Shown here: piece after piece, positions 42,126 to 56,000 of the stretch
Numbering within the stretch: position 1 is the stretch's first letter
Layout of the letters: every line of letters starts with the position of its first letter
From: Auanema rhodensis
Lineage: Eukaryota; Animalia; Nematoda
Direction of reading: 5' to 3'
DNA length: 64,000 nucleotides
Assembly (NCBI GenBank): GCA_964057225.1
Contig: OZ059899.1
Span: forward strand, 3,720,001-3,784,000
Notes under the pieces: model-generated
What the model saw: only the letters and a program-made list of their open reading frames with translations
Databases searched by the model: none
Told to the model about the DNA's origin: nothing
Program-made: the position numbers and the translations under genes

Positions 42126-44933
42126 GCACCGAGATATCAACTGATATAAGTTCACACTTATATCTTCGATTTTCACCCTGAAGAAATAATTTTTTCGTTG
42201 AATAACATTGTCCATCGTCTTTGCCTTGAAAAAAGGAATCTAAAAACATCTACTTTTTGCTAAATTATTCCGAAAATTTTCGAAAAAATTTTTGTCAAAA
42301 TGTTTTTGGAAGCAATGTTGAGTGTACATGGAAACTCAACATACACTAATGCATCATTTTTCAAACGATCATAACTAATTTTTGTATCAAGCGTTTTTCA
42401 ATGTAGTATAGTGCATTCGATGCGGATTTTTAAGCTGCGTCGATCTGTGTTATCAGATTTGCGCTAGCTTAAAAATGCACCGAGATATCAACTGATATAT
42501 GTTCACACTTATATCCTCGATTTTCACCCTGAAGAAATAATTTTTTCGTTGAATAACATTGTCCATCGTCTTTGCCTTGAAAAATGGAATCTTAGAACAT
42601 CTACTTTTTGCTAAATTATTTTGAAATTTTTCGAAAAAATTTTTGTCAAAATGTTTTTGGAAGCAATGTTGAGTGTACATGGAAACTCAACATACACTAA
42701 TGCATCATTTTTCAAACGATCATAACTAATTTTTGTATCAAGCGTTTTTCAATGTAGTATAGTGCATTCGATGCGGATTTTTAAGCTGCGTCGATCTGTG
42801 TTATCAGATTTGCGCTAGCTTAAAAATGCACCGAGATATCAACTGATATAAGTTCACACTTATATCCTCGATTTTCACCCTGAAGAATTAATTTTTTCGT
42901 TGAATAACATTGTCCATCGTCTTTGCCTTGAAAAATGGAATCTTAAAACATCTACTTTTTGCTAAATTATTTTGAAATTTTTCGAAAAAATTTTTGTCAA
43001 AATGTTTTTGGAAGCAATGTTGAGTGTACATGGAAACTCAACATACACTAATGCATCATTTTTCAAACGATCATAACTAATTTTTGTATTAAGCGTTTCT
43101 CAATGTAGTATAATGCATTCGATGCGGATTTTTAAGCTGCGTCGATCTGTGTTATCAGATTTGCGCTAGCTTAAAAATGCACCGAGATATCAACTGATAT
43201 AAGTTCACACTTATATCCTCGATTTTCACCCTGAAGAGATAATTTTTTCGTTGAATAACATTGTCCATCGTCTTTGCCTTGAAAAATGGAATCTTAAAAC
43301 ATCTACTTTTTGCTAAATTATTTTGAAATTTTTCGAAAAAATTTTTGTCAAAATGTTTTTGGAAGCAATGTTGAGTGTACATGGAAACTCAACATACACT
43401 AATGCATCATTTTTCAAACGATCATAACTTATTTTTGTATTAAGCGTTTCTCAATGTAGTATAGTGCATTCGATGCGGATTTTTAAGCTGCGTCGATCTG
43501 TGTTATCAGATTTGCGCTAGCTTAAAAATGCACCGAGATATCAACTGATATAAGTTCACACTTATATCTTCGATTTTCACCCTGAAGAAATAATTTTTTC
43601 GTTGAATAACATTGTCCATCGTCTTTGCCTTGAAAAAAGGAATCTAAAAACATCTACTTTTTGCTAAATTATTCCGAAAATTTTCGAAAAAATTTTTGTC
43701 AAAATGTTTTTGGAAGCAATGTTGAGTGTACATGGAAACTCAACATACACTAATGCATCATTTTTCAAACGATCATAACTAATTTTTGTATCAAGCGTTT
43801 TTCAATGTAGTATAGTGCATTCGATGCGGATTTTTAAGCTGCGTCGATCTGTGTTATCAGATTTGCGCTAGCTTAAAAATGCACCGAGATATCAACTGAT
43901 ATAAGTTCACACTTATATCCTCGATTTTCACCCTGAAGAAATAATTTTTTCGTTGAATAACATTGTCCATCGTCTTTGCCTTGAAAAATGGAATCTTAGA
44001 ACATCTACTTTTTGCTAAATTATTTTGAAATTTTTCGAAAAAATTTTTGTCAAAATGTTTTTGGAAGCAATGTTGAGTGTACATGGAAACTCAACATACA
44101 CTAATGCATCATTTTTCAAACGATCATAACTAATTTTTGTATCAAGCGTTTTTCAATGTAGTATAGTGCATTCGATGCGGATTTTTAAGCTGCGTCGATC
44201 TGTGTTATCAGATTTGCGCTAGCTTAAAAATGCACCGAGATATCAACTGATATAAGTTCACACTTATATCCTCGATTTTCACCCTGAAGAATTAATTTTT
44301 TCGTTGAATAACATTGTCCATCGTCTTTGCCTTGAAAAATGGAATCTTAAAACATCTACTTTTTGCTAAATTATTTTGAAATTTTTCGAAAAAATTTTTG
44401 TCAAAATGTTTTTGGAAGCAATGTTGAGTGTACATGGAAACTCAACATACACTAATGCATCATTTTTCAAACGATCATAACTAATTTTTGTATTAAGCGT
44501 TTCTCAATGTAGTATAATGCATTCGATGCGGATTTTTAAGCTGCGTCGATCTGTGTTATCAGATTTGCGCTAGCTTAAAAATGCACCGAGATATCAACTG
44601 ATATAAGTTCACACTTATATCCTCGATTTTCACCCTGAAGAGATAATTTTTTCGTTGAATAACATTGTCCATCGTCTTTGCCTTGAAAAATGGAATCTTA
44701 AAACATCTACTTTTTGCTAAATTATTTTGAAATTTTTCGAAAAAATTTTTGTCAAAATGTTTTTGGATGCAATGTTGAGTGTACATGGAAACTCAACATA
44801 CACTAATGCATCATTTTTCAAACGATCATAACTTATTTTTGTATTAAGCGTTTCTCAATGTAGTATAGTGCATTCGATGCGGATTTTTAAGCTGCGTCGA
44901 TCTGTGTTATCAGATTTGCGCTAGCTTAAAAAT
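42126..44933 (+). repeat. Tetramer (1404-bp) duplication
   Basis: ORF variants 'RCSK' at 42453/43857 and 'NYLF' at 43155/44559. 40T plus TTCCGAAAA monomers at 42126 and 43530. Confidence 0.8.
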
Positions 44934-47390
44934 GCACCGAGATATCAACTGATATAAGTTCACACTTATATCCTCGATTTTCACCCTGAAGAATTAATTT
45001 TTTCGTTGAATAACATTGTCCATCGTCTTTGCCTTGAAAAATGGAATCTTAAAACATCTACTTTTTGCTAAATTATTTTGAAATTTTTCGAAAAAATTTT
45101 TGTCAAAATGTTTTTGGAAGCAATGTTGAGTGTACATGGAAACTCAACATACACTAATGCATCATTTTTCAAACGATCATAACTAATTTTTGTATTAAGC
45201 GTTTCTCAATGTAGTATAATGCATTCGATGCGGATTTTTAAGCTGCGTCGATCTGTGTTATCAGATTTGCGCTAGCTTAAAAATGCACCGAGATATCAAC
45301 TGATATAAGTTCACACTTATATCCTCGATTTTCACCCTGAAGAGATAATTTTTTCGTTGAATAACATTGTCCATCGTCTTTGCCTTGAAAAATGGAATCT
45401 TAAAACATCTACTTTTTGCTAAATTATTTTGAAATTTTTCGAAAAAATTTTTGTCAAAATGTTTTTGGAAGCAATGTTGAGTGTACATGGAAACTCAACA
45501 TACACTAATGCATCATTTTTCAAACGATCATAACTAATTTTTGTATTAAGCGTTTCTCAATGTAGTATAATGCATTCGATGCGGATTTTTAAGCTGCGTC
45601 GATCTGTGTTATCAGATTTGCGCTAGCTTAAAAATGCACCGAGATATCAACTGATATAAGTTCACACTTATATCCTCGATTTTCACCCTGAAGAATTAAT
45701 TTTTTCGTTGAATAACATTGTCCATCGTCTTTGCCTTGAAAAAAGGAATCTAAAAACATCTACTTTTTGCTTAATTATTCTGAAATTTTTCGAAAAAATT
45801 TTTGTCAAAATGTTTTTGGAAGCAATGTTGAGTGTACATGGAAACTCAACATACACTAATGCATCATTTTTCAAACGATCATAACTAATTTTTGTATTAA
45901 GCGTTTCTCGATGTAGTATAGTGCATTCGATGCGGATTTTTAAGCTGCGTCGATCTGTGTTATCAGATTTGCGCTAGCTTAAAAATGCACCGAGATATCA
46001 ACTGATATAAGTTCACACTTATATCCTCGATTTTCACCCTGAAGAATTAATTTTTTCGTTGAATAACATTGTCCATCGTCTTTGCCTTGAAAAATGAAAT
46101 CTTAAAACATCTACTTTTTGCTAAATTATTTTGAAATTTTTCGAAAAAATTTTTGTCAAAATGTTTTTGGAAGCAATGTTGAGTGTACATGGAAACTCAA
46201 CATACACTAATGCATCATTTTTCAAACGATCATAACTAATTTTTGTATTAAGCGTTTCTCAATGTAGTATAGTGCATTCGATGCGGATTTTTAAGCTGCG
46301 TCGATCTGTGTTATCAGATTTGCGCTAGCTTAAAAATGCACCGAGATATCAACTGATATAAGTTCACACTTATATCCTCGATTTTCACCCTGAAGAAATA
46401 ATTTTTTCGTTGAATAACATTGTCCATCGTCTTTGCCTTGAAAAATGGAATCTTAAAACATCTACTTTTTGCTAAATTATTTTGAAATTTTTCGAAAAAA
46501 TTTTTGTCAAAATGTTTTTGGAAGCAATGTTGAGTGTACATGGAAACTCAACATACACTAATGCATCATTTTTCAAACGATCATAACTAATTTTTGTATC
46601 AAGCGTTTTTCAATGTAGTATAGTGCATTCGATGCGGATTTTTAAGCTGCGTCGATCTGTGTTATCAGATTTGCGCTAGCTTAAAAATGCACCGAGATAT
46701 CAACTGATATAAGTTCACACTTATATCTTCGATTTTCACCCTGAAGAAATAATTTTTTCGTTGAATAACATTGTCCATCGTCTTTGCCTTGAAAAAAGGA
46801 ATCTAAAAACATCTACTTTTTGCTAAATTATTCCGAAAATTTTCGAAAAAATTTTTGTCAAAATGTTTTTGGAAGCAATGTTGAGTGTACATGGAAACTC
46901 AACATACACTAATGCATCATTTTTCAAACGATCATAACTAATTTTTGTATCAAGCGTTTTTCAATGTAGTATAGTGCATTCGATGCGGATTTTTAAGCTG
47001 CGTCGATCTGTGTTATCAGATTTGCGCTAGCTTAAAAATGCACCGAGATATCAACTGATATAAGTTCACACTTATATCTTCGATTTTCACCCTGAAGAAA
47101 TAATTTTTTCGTTGAATAACATTGTCCATCGTCTTTGCCTTGAAAAAAGGAATCTAAAAACATCTACTTTTTGCTAAATTATTCCGAAAATTTTCGAAAA
47201 AATTTTTGTCAAAATGTTTTTGGAAGCAATGTTGAGTGTACATGGAAACTCAACATACACTAATGCATCATTTTTCAAACGATCATAACTAATTTTTGTA
47301 TCAAGCGTTTTTCAATGTAGTATAGTGCATTCGATGCGGATTTTTAAGCTGCGTCGATCTGTGTTATCAGATTTGCGCTAGCTTAAAAAT

Positions 47391-50300
47391 GCACCGAGAT
47401 ATCAACTGATATAAGTTCACACTTATATCCTCGATTTTCACCCTGAAGAAATAATTTTTTCGTTGAATAACATTGTCCATCGTCTTTGCCTTGAAAAATG
47501 GAATCTTAGAACATCTACTTTTTGCTAAATTATTTTGAAATTTTTCGAAAAAATTTTTGTCAAAATGTTTTTGGAAGCAATGTTGAGTGTACATGGAAAC
47601 TCAACATACACTAATGCATCATTTTTCAAACGATCATAACTAATTTTTGTATCAAGCGTTTTTCAATGTAGTATAGTGCATTCGATGCGGATTTTTAAGC
47701 TGCGTCGATCTGTGTTATCAGATTTGCGCTAGCTTAAAAATGCACCGAGATATCAACTGATATAAGTTCACACTTATATCCTCGATTTTCACCCTGAAGA
47801 ATTAATTTTTTTGTTGAATAACATTGTCCATCGTCTTTGCCTTGAAAAATGGAATCTTAAAACATCTACTTTTTGCTAAATTATTTTGAAATTTTTCGAA
47901 AAAATTTTTGTCAAAATGTTTTTGGAAGCAATGTTGAGTGTACATGGAAACTCAACATACACTAATGCATCATTTTTCAAACGATCATAACTAATTTTTG
48001 TATTAAGCGTTTCTCAATGTAGTATAATGCATTCGATGCGGATTTTTAAGCTGCGTCGATCTGTGTTATCAGATTTGCGCTAGCTTAAAAATGCACCGAG
48101 ATATCAACTGATATAAGTTCACACTTATATCCTCGATTTTCACCCTGAAGAATTAATTTTTTCGTTGAATAACATTGTCCATCGTCTTTGCCTTGAAAAA
48201 AGGAATCTAAAAACATCTACTTTTTGCTTAATTATTCTGAAATTTTTCGAAAAAATTTTTGTCAAAATGTTTTTGGAAGCAATGTTGAGTGTACATGGAA
48301 ACTCAACATACACTAATGCATCATTTTTCAAACGATCATAACTAATTTTTGTATTAAGCGTTTCTCAATGTAGTATAGTGCATTCGATGCGGATTTTTAA
48401 GCTGCGTCGATCTGTGTTATCAGATTTGCGCTAGCTTAAAAATGCACCGAGATATCAACTGATATAAGTTCACACTTATATCCTCGATTTTCACCCTGAA
48501 GAAATAATTTTTTCGTTGAATAACATTGTCCATCGTCTTTGCCTTGAAAAAAGGAATCTAAAAACATCTACTTTTTGCTAAATTATTTTGAAATTTTTCG
48601 AAAAAATTTTTGTCAAAATGTTTTTGGAAGCAATGTTGAGTGTACATGGAAACTCAACATACACTATTGCATCATTTTTCAAACGATCATAACTAATTTT
48701 TGTATCAAGTGTTTCTTAATGTAGTATAGTGCATTCGATGCGGATTTTTAAGCTGCGTCGATCTGTGTTATCAGATTTGCGCTAGCTTAAAAATGCACCG
48801 AGATATCAACTGATATAAGTTCACACTTATATCCTCGATTTTCACCCTGAAGAATTAATTTTTTCGTTGAATAACATTGTCCATCGTCTTTGCCTTGAAA
48901 AATGGAATCTTAAAACATCTACTTTTTGCTAAATTATTTTGAAATTTTTCGAAAAAATTTTTGTCAAAATGTTTTTGGAAGCAATGTTGAGTGTACATGG
49001 AAACTCAACATACACTAATGCATCATTTTTCAAACGATCATAACTAATTTTTGTATTAAGCGTTTCTCAATGTAGTATAGTGCATTCGATGCGGATTTTT
49101 AAGCTGCGTCGATCTGTGTTATCAGATTTGCGCTAGCTTAAAAATGCACCGAGATATCAACTGATATAAGTTTACACTTATATCCTCGATTTTCACCCTG
49201 AAGAATTAATTTTTTCGTTGAATAACATTGTCCATCGTCTTTGCCTTGAAAAAAGAAATCTAAAAACATCTACTTTTTGCTAAATTATTTTGAAATTTTT
49301 CGAAAAAATTTTTGTCAAAATGTTTTTGGAAGCAATGTTGAGTGTACATGGAAACTCAACATACACTAATGCATCATTTTTCAAACGATCATAACTAATT
49401 TTTGTATTAAGCGTTTCTCAATGTAGTATAGTGCATTCGATGCGGATTTTTAAGCTGCGTCGATCTGTGTTATCAGATTTGCGCTAGCTCAAAAATGCAC
49501 CGAGATATCAACTGATATAAGTTTACACTTATATCCTCGATTTTCACCCTGAAGAATTAATTTTTTAGTTAAATAACATTGTCCATCGTCTTTGCCTTGA
49601 AAAATGAAATCTAAAAACATCTACTTTTTGCTAAATTTTTTTGAAATTTTTCGAAAAAATTTTTGTCAAAATGTTTTTGGAAACAATGTTGAGTGTACAT
49701 GGAAACTCAACATACACTAATGCATCATTTTTCAAACGATCATAACTAATTTTTGTATTAAGCGTTTCTCAATGTAGTATAGTGCATTCGATGCGGATTT
49801 TTAAGCTGCGTCGATCTGTGTTATCAGATTTGCGCTAGCTCAAAAATGCACCGAGATATCAACTGATATAAGTTTACACTTATATCCTCGATTTTCACCC
49901 TGAAGAATTAATTTTTTCGTTAAATAACATTGTCCATCGTCTTTGCCTTGAAAAATGAAATCTAAAAACATCTACTTTTTGCTAAATTATTTTGAAATTT
50001 TTCGAAAAAATTGTTGTCAAAATGTTTTTGGAAGCAATGTTGAGTGTACATGGAAACTCAACATACACTAATGCATCATTTTTCAAACGATCAAAACTAA
50101 TTTTTGTATTAAGCGTTTCTCAATGTAGTATAGTGCATTCGATGCGGATTTTTAAGCTGCGTCGATCTGTGTTATCAGATTTGCGCTAGCTCAAAAATGC
50201 ACCGAGATATCAACTGATATAAGTTCACACTTATATCCTCGATTTTCACCCTGAAGAATTAATTTTTTCGTTGAATAACATTGTCCATCGTCTTTGCCTT

Positions 50301-53006
50301 GAAAAATGGAATCTTAGAACATCTACTTTTTGCTAAATTATTTTGAAATTTTTCGAAAAAATTTTTGTCAAAATGTTTTTGGAAGCAATGTTGAGTGTAC
50401 ATGGAAACTCAACATACACTAATGCATCATTTTTCAAACGATCATAACTAATTTTTGTATCAAGCGTTTTTCAATGTAGTATAGTGCATTCGATGCGGAT
50501 TTTTAAGCTGCGTCGATCTGTGTTATCAGATTTGCGCTAGCTTAAAAATGCACCGAGATATCAACTGATATAAGTTCACACTTATATCCTCGATTTTCAC
50601 CCTGAAGAATTAATTTTTTTGTTGAATAACATTGTCCATCGTCTTTGCCTTGAAAAATGGAATCTTAAAACATCTACTTTTTGCTAAATTATTTTGAAAT
50701 TTTTCGAAAAAATTTTTGTCAAAATGTTTTTGGAAGCAATGTTGAGTGTACATGGAAACTCAACATACACTAATGCATCATTTTTCAAACGATCATAACT
50801 AATTTTTGTATTAAGCGTTTCTCAATGTAGTATAATGCATTCGATGCGGATTTTTAAGCTGCGTCGATCTGTGTTATCAGATTTGCGCTAGCTTAAAAAT
50901 GCACCGAGATATCAACTGATATAAGTTCACACTTATATCCTCGATTTTCACCCTGAAGAATTAATTTTTTCGTTGAATAACATTGTCCATCGTCTTTGCC
51001 TTGAAAAAAGGAATCTAAAAACATCTACTTTTTGCTTAATTATTCTGAAATTTTTCGAAAAAATTTTTGTCAAAATGTTTTTGGAAGCAATGTTGAGTGT
51101 ACATGGAAACTCAACATACACTAATGCATCATTTTTCAAACGATCATAACTAATTTTTGTATTAAGCGTTTCTCAATGTAGTATAGTGCATTCGATGCGG
51201 ATTTTTAAGCTGCGTCGATCTGTGTTATCAGATTTGCGCTAGCTTAAAAATGCACCGAGATATCAACTGATATAAGTTCACACTTATATCCTCGATTTTC
51301 ACCCTGAAGAAATAATTTTTTCGTTGAATAACATTGTCCATCGTCTTTGCCTTGAAAAAAGGAATCTAAAAACATCTACTTTTTGCTAAATTATTTTGAA
51401 ATTTTTCGAAAAAATTTTTGTCAAAATGTTTTTGGAAGCAATGTTGAGTGTACATGGAAACTCAACATACACTATTGCATCATTTTTCAAACGATCATAA
51501 CTAATTTTTGTATCAAGTGTTTCTTAATGTAGTATAGTGCATTCGATGCGGATTTTTAAGCTGCGTCGATCTGTGTTATCAGATTTGCGCTAGCTTAAAA
51601 ATGCACCGAGATATCAACTGATATAAGTTCACACTTATATCCTCGATTTTCACCCTGAAGAATTAATTTTTTCGTTGAATAACATTGTCCATCGTCTTTG
51701 CCTTGAAAAATGGAATCTTAAAACATCTACTTTTTGCTAAATTATTTTGAAATTTTTCGAAAAAATTTTTGTCAAAATGTTTTTGGAAGCAATGTTGAGT
51801 GTACATGGAAACTCAACATACACTAATGCATCATTTTTCAAACGATCATAACTAATTTTTGTATTAAGCGTTTCTCAATGTAGTATAGTGCATTCGATGC
51901 GGATTTTTAAGCTGCGTCGATCTGTGTTATCAGATTTGCGCTAGCTTAAAAATGCACCGAGATATCAACTGATATAAGTTTACACTTATATCCTCGATTT
52001 TCACCCTGAAGAATTAATTTTTTCGTTGAATAACATTGTCCATCGTCTTTGCCTTGAAAAAAGAAATCTAAAAACATCTACTTTTTGCTAAATTATTTTG
52101 AAATTTTTCGAAAAAATTTTTGTCAAAATGTTTTTGGAAGCAATGTTGAGTGTACATGGAAACTCAACATACACTAATGCATCATTTTTCAAACGATCAT
52201 AACTAATTTTTGTATTAAGCGTTTCTCAATGTAGTATAGTGCATTCGATGCGGATTTTTAAGCTGCGTCGATCTGTGTTATCAGATTTGCGCTAGCTCAA
52301 AAATGCACCGAGATATCAACTGATATAAGTTTACACTTATATCCTCGATTTTCACCCTGAAGAATTAATTTTTTAGTTAAATAACATTGTCCATCGTCTT
52401 TGCCTTGAAAAATGAAATCTAAAAACATCTACTTTTTGCTAAATTTTTTTGAAATTTTTCGAAAAAATTTTTGTCAAAATGTTTTTGGAAACAATGTTGA
52501 GTGTACATGGAAACTCAACATACACTAATGCATCATTTTTCAAACGATCATAACTAATTTTTGTATTAAGCGTTTCTCAATGTAGTATAGTGCATTCGAT
52601 GCGGATTTTTAAGCTGCGTCGATCTGTGTTATCAGATTTGCGCTAGCTCAAAAATGCACCGAGATATCAACTGATATAAGTTTACACTTATATCCTCGAT
52701 TTTCACCCTGAAGAATTAATTTTTTCGTTAAATAACATTGTCCATCGTCTTTGCCTTGAAAAATGAAATCTAAAAACATCTACTTTTTGCTAAATTATTT
52801 TGAAATTTTTCGAAAAAATTGTTGTCAAAATGTTTTTGGAAGCAATGTTGAGTGTACATGGAAACTCAACATACACTAATGCATCATTTTTCAAACGATC
52901 AAAACTAATTTTTGTATTAAGCGTTTCTCAATGTAGTATAGTGCATTCGATGCGGATTTTTAAGCTGCGTCGATCTGTGTTATCAGATTTGCGCTAGCTC
53001 AAAAAT
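47391..53006 (+). repeat. Octamer (2808-bp) tandem duplication
   Basis: Variant ORFs at 48140/50948 and 49992/52800 are 2808 bp apart. The 119G, 71T, 224T and 187A markers recur in the same order. Confidence 0.88.
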
Positions 53007-56000
53007 GCACCGAGATATCAACTGATATAAGTTCACACTTATATCCTCGATTTTCACCCTGAAGAATTAATTTTTTCGTTGAATAACATTGTCCATCGTC
53101 TTTGCCTTGAAAAAAGGAATCTAAAAACATCTACTTTTTGCTAAATTATTCCGAAAATTTTCGAAAAAATTTTTGTCAAAATGTTTTTGGAAGCAATGTT
53201 GAGTGTACATGGAAACTCAACATACACTAATGCATCATTTTTCAAACGATCATAACTAATTTTTGTATTAAGCGTTTCTCAATGTAGTATAATGCATTCG
53301 ATGCGGATTTTTAAGCTGCGTCGATCTGTGTTATCAGATTTGCGCTAGCTTAAAAATGCACCGAGATATCAACTGATATAAGTTCACACTTATATCCTCG
53401 ATTTTCACCCTGAAGAATTAATTTTTTCGTTGAATAACATTGTCCATCGTCTTTGCCTTGAAAAATGGAATCTTAAAACATCTACTTTTTGCTAAATTAT
53501 TTTGAAATTTTTCGAAAAAATTTTTGTCAAAATGTTTTTGGAAGCAATGTTGAGTGTACATGGAAACTCAACATACACTAATGCATCATTTTTCAAACGA
53601 TCATAACTAATTTTTGTATCAAGCGTTTCTTAATGTAGTATTGTGCATTCGATCCGGATTTTTAAGCTGCGTCGATCTGTGTTATCAGATTTGCGCTAGC
53701 TTAAAAATGCACCGAGATATCAACTGATATAAGTTCACACTTATATCCTCGATTTTCACCCTGAAGAAATAATTTTTTCGTTGAATAACATTGTCCATCG
53801 TCTTTGCCTTGAAAAAAGGAATCTAAAAACATCTACTTTTTGCTAAATTATTTTGAAATTTTTCGAAAAAATGTTTGTCAAAATGTTTTTGGAAGCAATG
53901 TTGAGTGTACATGGAAACTCAACATACACTAATGCATCATTTTTCAAACGATCATAACTAATTTTTGTATTAAGCGTTTCTCAATGTAGTATAGTGCATT
54001 CGATGCGGATTTTTAAGCTGCGTCGATCTGTGTTATCAGATTTGCGCTAGCTTAAAAATGCACCGAGATATCAACTGATATAAGTTCACACTTATATCCT
54101 CGATTTTCACCCTGAAGAAATAATTTTTTCGTTGAATAACATTGTCCATCGTCTTTGCCTTGAAAAATGAAATCTTAAAACATCTACTTTTTGCTAAATT
54201 ATTTTGAAATTTTTCGAAAAAATTTTTGTCAAAATGTTTTTGGAAGCAATGTTGAGTGTACATGGAAACTCAACATACACTAATGCATCATTTTTCAAAC
54301 GATCATAACTAATTTTTGTATTAAGCGTTTCTCAATGTAGTATAGTGCATTCGATGCGGATTTTTAAGCTGCGTCGATCTGTGTTATCAGATTTGCGCTA
54401 GCTTGAAAATGCACCGAGATATCAACTGATATAAGTTCACACTTATATCCTCGATTTTCACCCTGAAGAATTAATTTTTTCGTTGAATAACATTGTCCAT
54501 TGTCTTTGCCTTGAAAAATGAAATCTTAAAACATCTACTTTTTGCTAAATTATTTTGAAATTTTTCGAAAAAATTTTTGTCAAAATGTTTTTGGAAGCAA
54601 TGTTGAGTGTACATGGAAACTCAACATACACTAATGCATCATTTTTCAAACGATCATAACTAATTTTTGTATTAAGCGTTTCTCAATGTAGTATAGTGCA
54701 TTCGATGCGGATTTTTAAGCTGCGTCGATCTGTGTTATCAGATTTGCGCTAGCTCAAAAATGCACCGAGATATCAACTGATATAAGTTTACACTTATATC
54801 CTCGATTTTCACCCTGAAGAATTAATTTTTTCGTTAAATAACATTGTCCATCGTCTTTGCCTTGAAAAATGAAATCTAAAAACATCTACTTTTTGCTAAA
54901 TTATTTTGAAATTTTTCGAAAAAATTGTTGTCAAAATGTTTTTGGAAGCAATGTTGAGTGTACATGGAAACTCAACATACACTAATGCATCATTTTTCAA
55001 ACGATCAAAACTAATTTTTGTATTAAGCGTTTCTCAATGTAGTATAGTGCATTCGATGCGGATTTTTAAGCTGCGTCGATCTGTGTTATCAGATTTGCGC
55101 TAGCTCAAAAATGCACCGAGATATCAACTGATATAAGTTCACACTTATATCCTCGATTTTCACCCTGAAGAATTAATTTTTTCGTTGAATAACATTGTCC
55201 ATCGTCTTTGTCTTGAAAAAAGGAATTTAAAAACATCTACTTTTTGCTAAATTATTCCGAAAATTTTCGAAAAAATTTTTGTCAAAATGTTTTTGGAAGC
55301 AATGTTGAGTGTACATGGAAACTCAACATACACTAATGCATCATTTTTCAAACGATCATAACTAATTTTTGTATTAAGCGTTTCTCAATGTAGTATAATG
55401 CATTCGATGCGGATTTTTAAGCTGCGTCGATCTGTGTTATCAGATTTGCGCTAGCTTAAAAATGCACCGAGATATCAACTGATATAAGTTCACACTTATA
55501 TCCTCGATTTTCACCCTGAAGAATTAATTTTTTCGTTGAATAACATTGTCCATCGTCTTTGCCTTGAAAAATGGAATCTTAAAACATCTACTTTTTGCTA
55601 AATTATTTTGAAATTTTTCGAAAAAATTTTTGTCAAAATGTTTTTGGAAGCAATGTTGAGTGTACATGGAAACTCAACATACACTAATGCATCATTTTTC
55701 AAACGATCATAACTAATTTTTGTATCAAGCGTTTCTTAATGTAGTATTGTGCATTCGATCCGGATTTTTAAGCTGCGTCGATCTGTGTTATCAGATTTGC
55801 GCTAGCTTAAAAATGCACCGAGATATCAACTGATATAAGTTCACACTTATATCCTCGATTTTCACCCTGAAGAAATAATTTTTTCGTTGAATAACATTGT
55901 CCATCGTCTTTGCCTTGAAAAAAGGAATCTAAAAACATCTACTTTTTGCTAAATTATTTTGAAATTTTTCGAAAAAATGTTTGTCAAAATGTTTTTGGAA